A DNA stretch of 64,000 nucleotides from IMG/VR virus record IMGVR_UViG_3300033182_000922, positions 519 through 64,518 of that record. One strand, 5' to 3'. The stretch is from a virus (lineage: Duplodnaviria > Caudoviricetes). Both the position numbers and the translations under genes were made by a program. Under the pieces are notes generated by a model. It did no database searches, had not been told where the DNA came from, and saw only the letters and a program-made list of their open reading frames with translations. Shown one piece after another: positions 8,473 to 18,456 of this stretch; position 1 is the stretch's first letter, and each line of letters opens with the position of its first letter.

Positions 8473-8572
8473 AATCTTTCTGTTCATAAACCTACAAAAA
8501 TAAATAAACAACAATTAAATATGAATGTGCAACTTAGGTTGCATATTTAGTCAAAAAATATCAAAATATAAG

Positions 8573-9568
8573 ATGAGTAAATTATTTTCAGACCGTATTG
8601 CCTACAAGCCATTTGAATATCCAGAATATTACCTAGAAGGTTGGCTTCCTCAGGCACAGGCCTTTTGGCTTCATACAGAAATTCCAATGCAGAGTGATCT
8701 TAAAGATTGGAATGAACATTTAGATGAATCAGAAAGGAATTTGGTTGGAAATATTTTACTTGGTTTTGCTCAAACAGAATGTGCAGTATCAGACTATTGG
8801 ACTGGGATGGTAACAAAATGGTTTCCTAAACATGAAATTAAGCAAATGGCAATGATGTTCGGTTCTCAGGAAACTATCCATGCCACTGCGTATTCATATC
8901 TTAATGAAACATTAGGCCTTGAAGATTTTGAAGCATTCTTACATGAGCCATCAATCGCAGATCGTTTTGAATTCTTAATGGAAACAACTGCTGATTGGAC
9001 ACCGGAGGATTTAAAAACAAACCCAGAAGCCAGGAAAGAAGTTGCAAGATCTCTTGCTATATTCTCGGCTTTTGCTGAAGGCGTATCCCTTTACAGTTCT
9101 TTTGCCGTCTTATATAGTTTTCAAATGAGAAACCTTCTTAAAGGAATTGGTCAGCAAATGAAATGGTCTGTAAGAGATGAATCGCTTCATTCTAAAATGG
9201 GTTGTCGCTTATTCCGCCATATGTGTGAGGAGTATCCTGAATTAAAAGAAGAGGCTCGTGGCTCTATCGAAGAAGCTGCATCCTTTATAGTTCAGATGGA
9301 ACATAAATACATTGATAAGATCTTTGAACAAGGTGACTTAGAAAATCTTACTGCATATGATCTTAAGAACTTTATTCATAGAAGAACAAATGAAAAACTT
9401 GAAGAGTTAGGATATGAATCATTATTTGAATATGATCATGATTCTGCAAATAACTTGGATTGGTTTTATCACCTTACAGGAGGTCACACCCACACTGACT
9501 TTTTTGCAATTAGACCTACGGATTATGCAAAGGCTGGTGAAGGTGACGACTGGGATGATATTTGGTAA
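8573..9568 (+). CDS. nrdB: Ribonucleotide reductase class Ia beta subunit
   Basis: ETIHATAY (radical Tyr), EGVSLYSSF, RDESLH, DFF. ATG 8573 is preferred over 8525. Confidence 0.92.
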   Translation: MSKLFSDRIAYKPFEYPEYYLEGWLPQAQAFWLHTEIPMQSDLKDWNEHLDESERNLVGNILLGFAQTECAVSDYWTGMVTKWFPKHEIKQMAMMFGSQETIHATAYSYLNETLGLEDFEAFLHEPSIADRFEFLMETTADWTPEDLKTNPEARKEVARSLAIFSAFAEGVSLYSSFAVLYSFQMRNLLKGIGQQMKWSVRDESLHSKMGCRLFRHMCEEYPELKEEARGSIEEAASFIVQMEHKYIDKIFEQGDLENLTAYDLKNFIHRRTNEKLEELGYESLFEYDHDSANNLDWFYHLTGGHTHTDFFAIRPTDYAKAGEGDDWDDIW

Positions 9569-9586
9569 GATTTAAAGAAATTAATA

Positions 9587-11365
9587 ATGACAGTAGAACA
9601 ATTAGAAAAAGAATTAGGTTGGGAGTGCGGGGTTGATTACCCAGAATGGGGTAATACTGAAGTATACCTAAAGACAATATCAAAAGGGTATTGTTTAGCA
9701 AATGAAACCCCTAGAGATGCATATTGGCGAGTATCAACTACCGTTGCCAACAGACTTAAAAGACCTGAATTAGCAGAAAAGTTTTTTAAGTACATTTGGA
9801 AAGGATGGTTAAACTTGGCTACTCCAGTTCTTAGCAACACAGGTACCGAGAGAGGGTTGCCTATTAGTTGTTTTGGTATTGATGTTGCCGACTCAATTAA
9901 TGATATTGGTAATAAGAACTGGGAACTGATGTTATTGGCAAAACATGGAGGTGGTGTAGGTATCTGTCATAATCAGATTCGACCTGCCGGTTCTAATATT
10001 ACCGATAATGGAACAAGTGATGGCGTTGTTCCTTTTATTAAGATTAACGATTCTACTATTCTTGCCACCAACCAAGGTGCCGTAAGAAGAGGGGCTGCAA
10101 GTACTAACTTAAACATTGAGCATGGTGATTTTTGGGAATGGTTGGAAATTAGAGAACCTAAAGGGGACATTAATCGCCAATGTTTAAATATGAATCAGTG
10201 TGTTATCATTTCCGATAAGTTTATGAGAAGAATTGAGGAAGGCGATAGAGAAGCACGTCGTAGATATTCCGCCGTTCTTCAAAAAAGAAGGCAGACTGGT
10301 CAACCTTACATTATGTATAGAGGTAATGTAAATAAACAAAACCCTGAAGCATATAAGAAAAATGGTCTTAAGGTTTTTATGACTAATATATGTTCCGAAA
10401 TTACTTTACATAGTGATGAAAACCATTCTTTTGTATGTTGCTTATCTTCTCTTAACCTTTCAAAATATGATGAGTGGAAAAACACAAATCTTATTTATGA
10501 TGCTACTTGGTTTTTGGACGGTGTCTTAGAAGAATTTATTCAAAAGGCTAAGTTTATGAGAGGTATGGAAAATGCCGTTAGAACTGCCGAAAAAGGAAGA
10601 GCGTTAGGTTTAGGTGTTTTAGGATGGCATACATATTTACAACAAAGAGGAATTGCATTTGAAGGATTACAGGCTCAATTTGAAACAAGAAACATTTTCT
10701 CTCAAATCAAAATTGAAAGTGAAAGGGCAAGCCGAGCTTTGGCTGAAGCTTACGGAGAACCTCTTTGGTGTAGAGATACTGGTTTTAGAAATTCGCATTT
10801 AAGGGCAATTGCTCCTACCGTATCCAATTCAAAATTGGCAGGTGGTATTTCTGCAGGTATTGAACCGGTCCCTGCTAACATTTATACTGATCAATCTGCT
10901 AAAGGTACCTTTATTAGAAAAAATCCAATTCTTGAAAAATACCTAAAAGAAATTGGACATGATAATAAAAAGGTATGGGATAAGATATTGGCTGATGGCG
11001 GATCTGTACAAGATCTTAAGTTTTTAGAAGATTGGTGTTTCGTTAGAGGAGAGTTAATGAAATGTAAAAATGTACCAGAGTTTGAAGAAGCCACTCCTTT
11101 TAAAGATGTGTTTAAAACCTTTAAAGAAATCAATCAATTGGAATTAGTAAAACAAGCAGGTATTCGCCAACAGTATGTTGATCAAGCAGTTTCTTTAAAT
11201 CTTGCATTTCCTAAAGAAGCTACTCCTAAATGGATTAACCAAGTTCATATAGAAGCATGGAAGCAAGGAATTAAGACCCTTTACTATATGAGAACTGAAT
11301 CTGTATTACGTGGTGATATTGCAGCAACTGCAATGGATCCTGAATGTTTAAGTTGCGATGGATAA
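9587..11365 (+). CDS. nrdA: Ribonucleotide reductase class Ia alpha subunit (no ATP cone)
   Basis: ISCF, TNICSEI, VCCLSS, IAPTVS, KTLYY and C-terminal CLSC. Confidence 0.93.
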   Translation: MTVEQLEKELGWECGVDYPEWGNTEVYLKTISKGYCLANETPRDAYWRVSTTVANRLKRPELAEKFFKYIWKGWLNLATPVLSNTGTERGLPISCFGIDVADSINDIGNKNWELMLLAKHGGGVGICHNQIRPAGSNITDNGTSDGVVPFIKINDSTILATNQGAVRRGAASTNLNIEHGDFWEWLEIREPKGDINRQCLNMNQCVIISDKFMRRIEEGDREARRRYSAVLQKRRQTGQPYIMYRGNVNKQNPEAYKKNGLKVFMTNICSEITLHSDENHSFVCCLSSLNLSKYDEWKNTNLIYDATWFLDGVLEEFIQKAKFMRGMENAVRTAEKGRALGLGVLGWHTYLQQRGIAFEGLQAQFETRNIFSQIKIESERASRALAEAYGEPLWCRDTGFRNSHLRAIAPTVSNSKLAGGISAGIEPVPANIYTDQSAKGTFIRKNPILEKYLKEIGHDNKKVWDKILADGGSVQDLKFLEDWCFVRGELMKCKNVPEFEEATPFKDVFKTFKEINQLELVKQAGIRQQYVDQAVSLNLAFPKEATPKWINQVHIEAWKQGIKTLYYMRTESVLRGDIAATAMDPECLSCDG

Positions 11366-12026
11366 AAAAGTATTTTGTATAGGTACTTGGAAAACAGGTA
11401 CAACCTCAGTAGGAATAGCTCTTAACAAACTTATTGGAGGTAATCATCAAACATGTGATACACCAATGAATTCTGTTATGCATTCCTATGCATATTATGC
11501 AGTAGATAGAAATAATCCTATAGCCAAAAGAAAAATTTCGCTGGATAATTTTATTAATCCTTTTTCTACCTTTGATGATTTTCCTTGGGTTACTATGGGA
11601 TCTTTAGAATTACTTAAAGATCTTAAAGAATATTCTTATGTCTTAACAACGAGAAATGCAGATGAATGGCATTATAGCGCATATAAGTTTTTTAAAGAAA
11701 ATAGAAATGTACCTGGCAAATTTGATCACGTACAGTTAGGTACTTTATATGCCGATGAGTTTTCTTATGTATATGATAAAGAATACACTAGTGAAGAAAT
11801 AACAAATTTAATTGAACCAGACTTTGGCGGAATGGTAAAAAATAAATCAGTTTGGGTCAATTGGTTTAATGACAGAAATCAAAAGGTTAGAGAAATGTTT
11901 AAAGATAATCATTTCATGGAGTATAACATTTCAGATGGTTTAGGATGGAAGCCTTTATGCGATTTTTTAAAGGTAGAAATTCCTAGTGAACCCTTCCCAA
12001 AATTAAATACACAGAATTATGGATAA
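11358..12026 (+). CDS. Sulfotransferase-family (P-loop-like) protein
   Basis: KVFCIGTWKTGTTS; GWKPLCDFL...PFPKLN. Confidence 0.7.
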   Translation: MDKKVFCIGTWKTGTTSVGIALNKLIGGNHQTCDTPMNSVMHSYAYYAVDRNNPIAKRKISLDNFINPFSTFDDFPWVTMGSLELLKDLKEYSYVLTTRNADEWHYSAYKFFKENRNVPGKFDHVQLGTLYADEFSYVYDKEYTSEEITNLIEPDFGGMVKNKSVWVNWFNDRNQKVREMFKDNHFMEYNISDGLGWKPLCDFLKVEIPSEPFPKLNTQNYG

Positions 12027-12759
12027 GTATATTTTAGGACCATGTTCCTTAGAAAGTAAAGAAAACTGTAAAGAGGTACTTGATGTTTTAGTTCCTTTAA
12101 TGGAGAGAACTGAGTGGTATTTTAAAGGATCTTTTGATAAAGCAAATAGAACATCTATACACTCTGAGCGAGGTCCAGGTATACATAAAGGCTTAGCTAT
12201 TTTTGCATGGATTAAAGAAACCTACCCAGGTGTAAAACTGGTTACAGATATACATGAACCTTGGCAAGCAGAAAAACTTAGTGGGTATATTGATATGATA
12301 CAGATACCTGCCTTTCTTTGTAGACAGACTGACTTAATTATAGCGTGTGCAAAATGGTTCAGGAAAATTAATGTAAAGAAAGGGCAATGGTTAGCACCAC
12401 AGGCAATGGAACATGTAGTCAATAAGATTAAAGAAGTTAACCCAGAATGCAAAGTATACATAACCGAAAGAGGTACTTCGTTTGGTTATAGTGGTCTGTT
12501 ACCTGATTTTAGAGCAGTTGATATAATGAAATCATTTAGTGATGGTGTCTTTTTAGACTGTACTCATTCAACACAGAAACCTAAAGGGGAAACCACCGGA
12601 GGCGACAGGGAGTTAGCAAAAAAATATGCTTTGGCTGCTCATATCTTTGATTATGATGGCGTATTTATTGAAACACACCCAGATCCACAAAATGCAATAT
12701 CTGATGCCGATAGTCAAATTGAATTAGAGTGGATTGTGTCTCAAATAAATAATATATGA
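12019..12759 (+). CDS. kdsA: KDO8P synthase (3-deoxy-8-phosphooctulonate synthase)
   Basis: GPCSLE, KGSFDKANRTS, QIPAFLCRQTDL, NVKKGQW, ERG, DCTHSTQ, FIETHPDP, SD. Confidence 0.92.
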   Translation: MDKYILGPCSLESKENCKEVLDVLVPLMERTEWYFKGSFDKANRTSIHSERGPGIHKGLAIFAWIKETYPGVKLVTDIHEPWQAEKLSGYIDMIQIPAFLCRQTDLIIACAKWFRKINVKKGQWLAPQAMEHVVNKIKEVNPECKVYITERGTSFGYSGLLPDFRAVDIMKSFSDGVFLDCTHSTQKPKGETTGGDRELAKKYALAAHIFDYDGVFIETHPDPQNAISDADSQIELEWIVSQINNI

Positions 12760-13247
12760 AACAGAAACAATCTGCAGGTCTTGCTATAATCTATAATGGC
12801 ATGGTTCTATTAGGACATACAACTGGTCGCGGTTGGTATGGTTCTTATGGAATACCTAAAGGTGGTATTGAAAAAGGTGAGTCCCGCCTGGATGCAGCTA
12901 TAAGAGAAACTTATGAAGAAATTGGAATTAAGGTTCCTCGTTCTTTAATTGACCCAACTGAATATACATTTGCAGTAACCTCAAGAAAACAAGAATATAA
13001 CAAAATTGTATATTACTACATTGTTAAAATTAACAGTTTATCTCAAATTGGACTTAAAGACTTAAAGGTTCCTAAATCACAATTACAAGTTGAAGAAATT
13101 GATTGGGCTGGGTTTATATCTTATAAAGAAGCACAAAGAAGAATTATGAAATCTCAGCTTTCTTTAATTAATAACCTAGTAGGAAAGGGCCTTTTAGAAA
13201 ACACTAATAACATTTTAAAGTTTAAAGACTTTGGAGCTAGACTATAA
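12756..13247 (+). CDS. NUDIX hydrolase
   Basis: Nudix box GGIEKGESRLDAAIRETYEEIG. Confidence 0.88.
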   Translation: MKQKQSAGLAIIYNGMVLLGHTTGRGWYGSYGIPKGGIEKGESRLDAAIRETYEEIGIKVPRSLIDPTEYTFAVTSRKQEYNKIVYYYIVKINSLSQIGLKDLKVPKSQLQVEEIDWAGFISYKEAQRRIMKSQLSLINNLVGKGLLENTNNILKFKDFGARL

Positions 13248-14286
13248 TATATTACTTGGTAGAAATCCTATTAAAACGGATCCTAATACAATCCAAGATT
13301 ACATAAAGGGTAAAAGAATTATTGTTACTGGTGGGGCTGGTTCAATAGGGAGTGAAATAGTAAGACAGCTTTTAAATTTTGAAGCATCAAGCGTTGTTGT
13401 TTATGATAATGCAGAAGCATCAGTATTTCACCTGGAGCAGGAAATTTCTAGAACTTATCCAAAATCACACGTTAAATATGTAATAGGTGACGTTAGGGAT
13501 AAGTATAGACTTGAAGAAATTTTTGATTCATTTAAACCTAATGTAGTTTTTCATGCTGCTGCATATAAACACGTACCTATGATGGAACTTAATCCTATAG
13601 AGGCAGTTAAAACTAATGTATTAGGAACCATGAATGTTGCTAATATATCAAGTATGAATGAGGTTGATAAATTTGTAATGGTATCAACTGATAAGGCGGT
13701 GAATCCTACTAACATTATGGGTGCAACTAAAAGAATAGCAGAACTATATACCCAGTTCCTTGAAGAGAAATATCCTACGTCATATGTAGTTACAAGGTTT
13801 GGAAATGTCTTAGGTTCTGAAGGTTCTGTAATACCAACATTTCTTTCCCAGATAAAAAGAGGAGGACCTATAAGTGTTACTCATAAAGAAGTAATAAGAT
13901 ATTTTATGACTATTCCTGAGGCATGTCAATTGGTATTACAGGCCAGTTCATTAGGGAATGGTGGTGAGGTGTTTCTATTTGACATGGGAGAACCTGTTAA
14001 GATTAACGATTTGGCAAAAAATCTCATTAAGTATTTTAAGAGTGATGCCAAGATTGAATATATTGGGCTAAGGCCTGGGGAAAAGCTTTATGAAGAATTG
14101 CTATGCGACGGTGAAAATGTTATTCCTACTGATGATCCTAATATAATGAAACTTAAACATATAGATTATGACTTTAATAATCTTATACCAAAAATTGAAA
14201 AGCTTTCCAAACTAAGATCAAATGACTTTTATAAAATTCTTTTATTAGTTAAGAGTATTGTACCAGAATTTAAAAGAGAGGAGTAA
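13231..14286 (+). CDS. pglF: UDP-GlcNAc 4,6-dehydratase (PglF/CapD catalytic domain)
   Basis: TGGAGSIGSE, FHAAAYKHVP, STDKAVNP..MGATK, RFGNVLGS.GSV, RYFMTIPEA, GLRPGEKLYEEL. TTG start. Confidence 0.85.
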   Translation: MELDYNILLGRNPIKTDPNTIQDYIKGKRIIVTGGAGSIGSEIVRQLLNFEASSVVVYDNAEASVFHLEQEISRTYPKSHVKYVIGDVRDKYRLEEIFDSFKPNVVFHAAAYKHVPMMELNPIEAVKTNVLGTMNVANISSMNEVDKFVMVSTDKAVNPTNIMGATKRIAELYTQFLEEKYPTSYVVTRFGNVLGSEGSVIPTFLSQIKRGGPISVTHKEVIRYFMTIPEACQLVLQASSLGNGGEVFLFDMGEPVKINDLAKNLIKYFKSDAKIEYIGLRPGEKLYEELLCDGENVIPTDDPNIMKLKHIDYDFNNLIPKIEKLSKLRSNDFYKILLLVKSIVPEFKREE

Positions 14287-14837
14287 TGATAAACATTTAC
14301 GGTAAAGGTGGTCATGCAAATATGATTAAATCAAATCTAAAATCAGATCCAAAAAAGCATTGGGTAATAGGTGGTTTATATAATGATGATGATTATAAAT
14401 TAGCTGATGAATCGTTTTCTTGGATAATAGGAGTTGGAGATAATGACTCACGAAAATTAATTGCACAAAATAATTCATTTAAATACAGTACATTTATATT
14501 TAGTACATATGAAAATGCAAAAAATATTGGGGAAGGTTGTTTTCTTGGTTACGGTAGTGTAGTACAAAATAATGTAATTATAGGAAATCATGTAATTATA
14601 AATACATCAGCTTCAATAGATCATGATTGTGTAATAGGAGATTTTGTACATATAGCACCAAACTCAACCTTATGTGGAAACGTAAAGATTGGTGAAGGTA
14701 CTTTTATTGGGGCTGGTACAGTAATCATTCCTGGTATTACGATTGGAAAAAATTGTGTAATTGGAGCCGGTTCGGTTGTGGTTAGAGACATACCTGATAA
14801 TTCAAAAGCATACGGAAATCCTGCTAAAATAAAATAA
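14286..14837 (+). CDS. pglD: PglD/NeuD-type sugar N-acetyltransferase
   Basis: IYGKGGHA, GVGDN..R, NTSASIDHDC and LbH repeats. Confidence 0.8.
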   Translation: MINIYGKGGHANMIKSNLKSDPKKHWVIGGLYNDDDYKLADESFSWIIGVGDNDSRKLIAQNNSFKYSTFIFSTYENAKNIGEGCFLGYGSVVQNNVIIGNHVIINTSASIDHDCVIGDFVHIAPNSTLCGNVKIGEGTFIGAGTVIIPGITIGKNCVIGAGSVVVRDIPDNSKAYGNPAKIK

Positions 14838-14838
14838 T

Positions 14839-15945
14839 ATGAAAAGAATTTACTTATCACCACCTCACATGACAGGTACTGAACTTGAATATGTAAAAGA
14901 GGCATTTGATCAAAATTGGATTGCACCGGTAGGACCAGCCTTGAATAGGTTTGAAGAATATGTTGCAGAATATGTAGGATCAAAGTACGCGGTAGCAGTA
15001 ACATCAGGTACGGCTGGAATACATTTAGCATTACGTGCATTAGGTATCAGTGAAGGGGATAATGTTATATGTTCTTCTCTTACTTTTGCAGGTACGGTAA
15101 ACCCAATTAAATATCTTGGTGCTAACCCGGTGTATGTTGACTCTGATCCAATATATTGGAACCTTAATCCACTCCTTTTAGAGGAGGCTATACTTAAACT
15201 ATCTGAAAAACCAAAGGCTATTATACCTGTTCATATATTTGGGGTACCTTGTCAAATGGATGCAATAAAAAGAATTGCAGATGCATATGAAATTCCTATC
15301 ATTGAAGATGCAGCTGAAAGTTTAGGTTCTCAATTTAATGGTAAGCATACTGGTACATTTGGTAAGATTGGAGTATATTCATTCAATGGTAATAAGTTAC
15401 TAACAACATCAGGTGGTGGAATGATAGTAACTAATGATAAAGATTTGGCAGATCATATGAGATTTTTATCTACTCAAGCAAAAGATCCAATGCCTTACTA
15501 TTGGCACACTCAGATAGGATATAATTATCGTATGAGTAATGTTCTTGCTGCGATTGGAATAGGTCAAATGGAATCAATAGAAGATAAGATAAAAAGGACT
15601 AGGGAAATTCGTCAAAGATATGAAGAAGAATTAGGAAGTTATTTTATGACATTTCAAAATGAGAGACCAACCGATAGATCCAATATGTGGCTAAGCTGCG
15701 CCTTGTTAAAGGAAGAGTATAAACCAGAAGATCTTATTGAACATCTTAATAAAGCTAATATAGAAGCCAGAAGAATCTGGTGTCCTATGCATATGCAACC
15801 TATATACGCAGAGGATTCTAAATATATAAATGGAACGGCTGATGCTCTATTTGATCGTGGTATATGTTTACCTTCAGGCTCAAGTATGAATGATGAAGAT
15901 CTAAATAGAGTAATAGGTGAAGTAAAAAAATTCTTTAACGAATGA
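14839..15945 (+). CDS. pglE: PLP-dependent sugar aminotransferase (PglE/DegT family)
   Basis: IYLSPPHM, SGTAGIHLAL, EDAAESLG, SFNGNKLLTTSGGG, GYNYRMSN, LPSGS. Confidence 0.85.
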   Translation: MKRIYLSPPHMTGTELEYVKEAFDQNWIAPVGPALNRFEEYVAEYVGSKYAVAVTSGTAGIHLALRALGISEGDNVICSSLTFAGTVNPIKYLGANPVYVDSDPIYWNLNPLLLEEAILKLSEKPKAIIPVHIFGVPCQMDAIKRIADAYEIPIIEDAAESLGSQFNGKHTGTFGKIGVYSFNGNKLLTTSGGGMIVTNDKDLADHMRFLSTQAKDPMPYYWHTQIGYNYRMSNVLAAIGIGQMESIEDKIKRTREIRQRYEEELGSYFMTFQNERPTDRSNMWLSCALLKEEYKPEDLIEHLNKANIEARRIWCPMHMQPIYAEDSKYINGTADALFDRGICLPSGSSMNDEDLNRVIGEVKKFFNE

Positions 15946-16841
15946 ATGTAGTATCATATGAAGATTTTCTTTTATTAGAAAAACATGTAGGTCCTAATTT
16001 TGAAATTCTTTTAGAGAAAAACTTAACTAATGAAATTGATAAAAAGATTAAGTTTGGTATAGTTATGCCTACCCATAAAATTTCTGATGGCGGTGCTCAA
16101 ACTGGTAGAGAAAAGTTTATGAATACACCTGACTTACTTAAAGATTCTTTAGGTTCAATTAGAGACCAAAAATATGATAACTATGTAGTTTATTTGGTAG
16201 GTGATAAATATGACGGTGATGATGAAATTAAAAAAGTGATGGATGAAGTCATACCAAAAGGTAAACTTAAATATCATAATCTATCTACACCAGGAGAAAG
16301 AAATAAAGGTTTTTCAAAACAACAGTTTAGATATACTGCAGGATGTGGTGCTATGAATAAAGGCCTTCAAATGGCAAAGAATGATGGATGTGATTACATC
16401 GTAAGAATAGACCATGATGATAAGTGGAGCCCTGATCATTTAGAGCTCTTGGCAAAAGCATATACACAATATCCTGAATTGGCTTATGTATTTACGAGAA
16501 GCCGTAAAAAGGTAGATGCCACAAATTCTTCTAAAAAGTTTATGTATCAACCCAGAGAAGAGCGCCATACGACAACAATAGAACCAAATAACCTCGGCTA
16601 TACTCATGGCGATGTTAGTCATTCTGCTGTTTCATGGAGACCTAGTATGTGTGGTGACTTAAGATACCGTGATGCATCTCAACAGGCAAACACTGCTCCT
16701 AAAATACCAATGTCTAAAACTAACCCAGCTGATGTTGATATGTTTAATAGAATGATGAAAGCTATAAAAGATAAAGGTCATAAGTATATGTATATCCCAA
16801 GGCTAACAAGTTTCTATAGAAACAGAAAAGGTAAATTCTAA
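15942..16841 (+). CDS. GT-A (GT2-like) glycosyltransferase with N-terminal extension
   Basis: GIVMPT, SIRDQKYDNY, AMNKGL, DYIVRIDHDDKW.PDHLE. Confidence 0.75.
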   Translation: MNVVSYEDFLLLEKHVGPNFEILLEKNLTNEIDKKIKFGIVMPTHKISDGGAQTGREKFMNTPDLLKDSLGSIRDQKYDNYVVYLVGDKYDGDDEIKKVMDEVIPKGKLKYHNLSTPGERNKGFSKQQFRYTAGCGAMNKGLQMAKNDGCDYIVRIDHDDKWSPDHLELLAKAYTQYPELAYVFTRSRKKVDATNSSKKFMYQPREERHTTTIEPNNLGYTHGDVSHSAVSWRPSMCGDLRYRDASQQANTAPKIPMSKTNPADVDMFNRMMKAIKDKGHKYMYIPRLTSFYRNRKGKF

Positions 16842-16875
16842 AGAATATATAAAAAAACAATAAAAAATAACTATT

Positions 16876-17052
16876 ATGGAAAAATTTGAAGAAATTAAAG
16901 CACTCATCGAATCTGTAGGTGAAGATGTAGAAAAGTTTTACGTTAAAGGAAATAAGGCAGCAGCCGTAAGAATTCGTAAATCTATGCAAGAAGTAAAAAA
17001 TCTTGCACAAGAATTAAGACTACATGTTCAAGAGACTAAAAACAACATGTAA
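16876..17052 (+). CDS. Histone H1-like (Hc1 family) nucleoid protein, Bacteroidota type
   Basis: 58 aa ORF missing from the track: MEKFEEIKALIESVGEDVEKFYVKGNKAAAVRIRKSMQEVKNLAQELRLHVQETKNNM, containing the KF..KGNKAA..R.RK signature. Confidence 0.8.
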   Translation: MEKFEEIKALIESVGEDVEKFYVKGNKAAAVRIRKSMQEVKNLAQELRLHVQETKNNM

Positions 17053-17079
17053 ATAATACACGCCCAGACACCCTAAAGA

Positions 17080-17106
17080 GGGCCACTATTAAAGTGGTCC
17101 TTTTTT
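17080..17106 (+). terminator. Intrinsic terminator
   Basis: GGGCCACT-ATTAA-AGTGGTCC followed by TTTTTT. Confidence 0.75.
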
Positions 17107-17176
17107 AGTTTATAAAGTCCTATTTATTTGAAACCTTTTTCAAAACCTCTATATAATAATAAATCAGTTTGATTAT

Positions 17177-17731
17177 ATGGAAAGGTGCTTAATACTAGAT
17201 TTTGATGATACTTTAGTTGATACTATTGATACTCACGCAGATTCCTGGAAACAGGCATTGGAGAGAGTACTTAATACAGATATCCCTATTGAGACGGTTA
17301 TGGCCGATATTAATTATGGGATGGATGTTTTATTAAAAAAGTACCAACTAACCAGAGAAGAATCTATTTTAGCTCAAAGATATAAAAAGGAAATTTTTGA
17401 AAAGAATATACATAAGACAAAGGTAAATAAATTACTTTTGTATATTATTGAAAATAATCTTTTTGAAAATTGTATCATTGCATCAAATTCATCCAGAGAA
17501 AATGTTGATAAAATCATGGCATATCATGGAATTAATCAAGATCTGTTTTGGGGTATTTTTACCAGAGATGATGTAAAGAAAAAGAAACCTCATCCTGAAA
17601 TGGGTGAAACTATATTTAGTTTGCTAAGAGCTTCATACCAAAAAGAAGACTATCTTATGGTTGGGGATTCTGAGGTAGATAAAATGTTTGCACGTAAACT
17701 TGGAATTAAATGCATACTAGTAAAATTTTAG
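17177..17731 (+). CDS. HAD-superfamily phosphatase
   Basis: DFDDTL, ASNS, KKPHP, VGDS..D. Confidence 0.85.
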   Translation: MERCLILDFDDTLVDTIDTHADSWKQALERVLNTDIPIETVMADINYGMDVLLKKYQLTREESILAQRYKKEIFEKNIHKTKVNKLLLYIIENNLFENCIIASNSSRENVDKIMAYHGINQDLFWGIFTRDDVKKKKPHPEMGETIFSLLRASYQKEDYLMVGDSEVDKMFARKLGIKCILVKF

Positions 17732-18456
17732 TAGGGAACAGTGGAGATAAGGTTTATCTCCATGAAGATAAGGTTATTAAGGAAGCGGGGGTGTATCCTG
17801 AAAAGTTTAAACAACAAATGGATTGGTTAGTAAATTGCCACCATCCTAATTTTATTGATGTTAAACCTATTTCAGATACATCTTTTGAAATGAAAAGATA
17901 CCCAACATGGTATGACCAAATATGTAATCAGCCTCTGGTAAAATCTCTATCACAATTAGATGATCTTATTCACATCGTTAATTCATTTGAAGGGTATGGT
18001 AAAGATATAGATACCAGAGCATATCTTGATAAGTTGGAAGGTCGTACTGGTTATAAGTATGAAGGAAATCTTGATGGTGCATCCAAGTGGGGTTTTGTTC
18101 ATGGTGATCTAACCGTAAGTAATATTCTATATGATAAAGATTTTATCTTTATTGATCCAAGAGGAACCGAAGAACAAGATTACTATGACTTTGGTAAACT
18201 AATGCAATCCTTTACTATGGAATATGAGGCCCATATATACAATAACAACAATCCAAAATACAGTAAGTTTTGTAAAGAAGCAGAAAAAATAATGTATGAA
18301 TGGTATGATGAATATCTTCTGAAGTTTTACTTAGCAGTCCACCTTTTAGGGGCAGTACCGTTTTTTGAATTAAATGAAAGATATGAATTGGCTGGTATGT
18401 TCCTTAAGAAAGGGCATGAATTATTCAATGAATTAGAAATTAAGTATACAAAATGA
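17710..18456 (+). CDS. APH/choline-kinase-like phosphotransferase
   Basis: HGDLTVSNI, FIDPRG, YYDFGKL. Confidence 0.75.
   Translation: MHTSKILVGNSGDKVYLHEDKVIKEAGVYPEKFKQQMDWLVNCHHPNFIDVKPISDTSFEMKRYPTWYDQICNQPLVKSLSQLDDLIHIVNSFEGYGKDIDTRAYLDKLEGRTGYKYEGNLDGASKWGFVHGDLTVSNILYDKDFIFIDPRGTEEQDYYDFGKLMQSFTMEYEAHIYNNNNPKYSKFCKEAEKIMYEWYDEYLLKFYLAVHLLGAVPFFELNERYELAGMFLKKGHELFNELEIKYTK

Noticed and set aside
8525-8572. N-terminal extension of NrdB from ATG 8525
   Set aside because: The region holds a hairpin (TGCAAC-TTAG-GTTGCA) and an A-rich initiation tract; NrdB-like sequence starts at ATG 8573.
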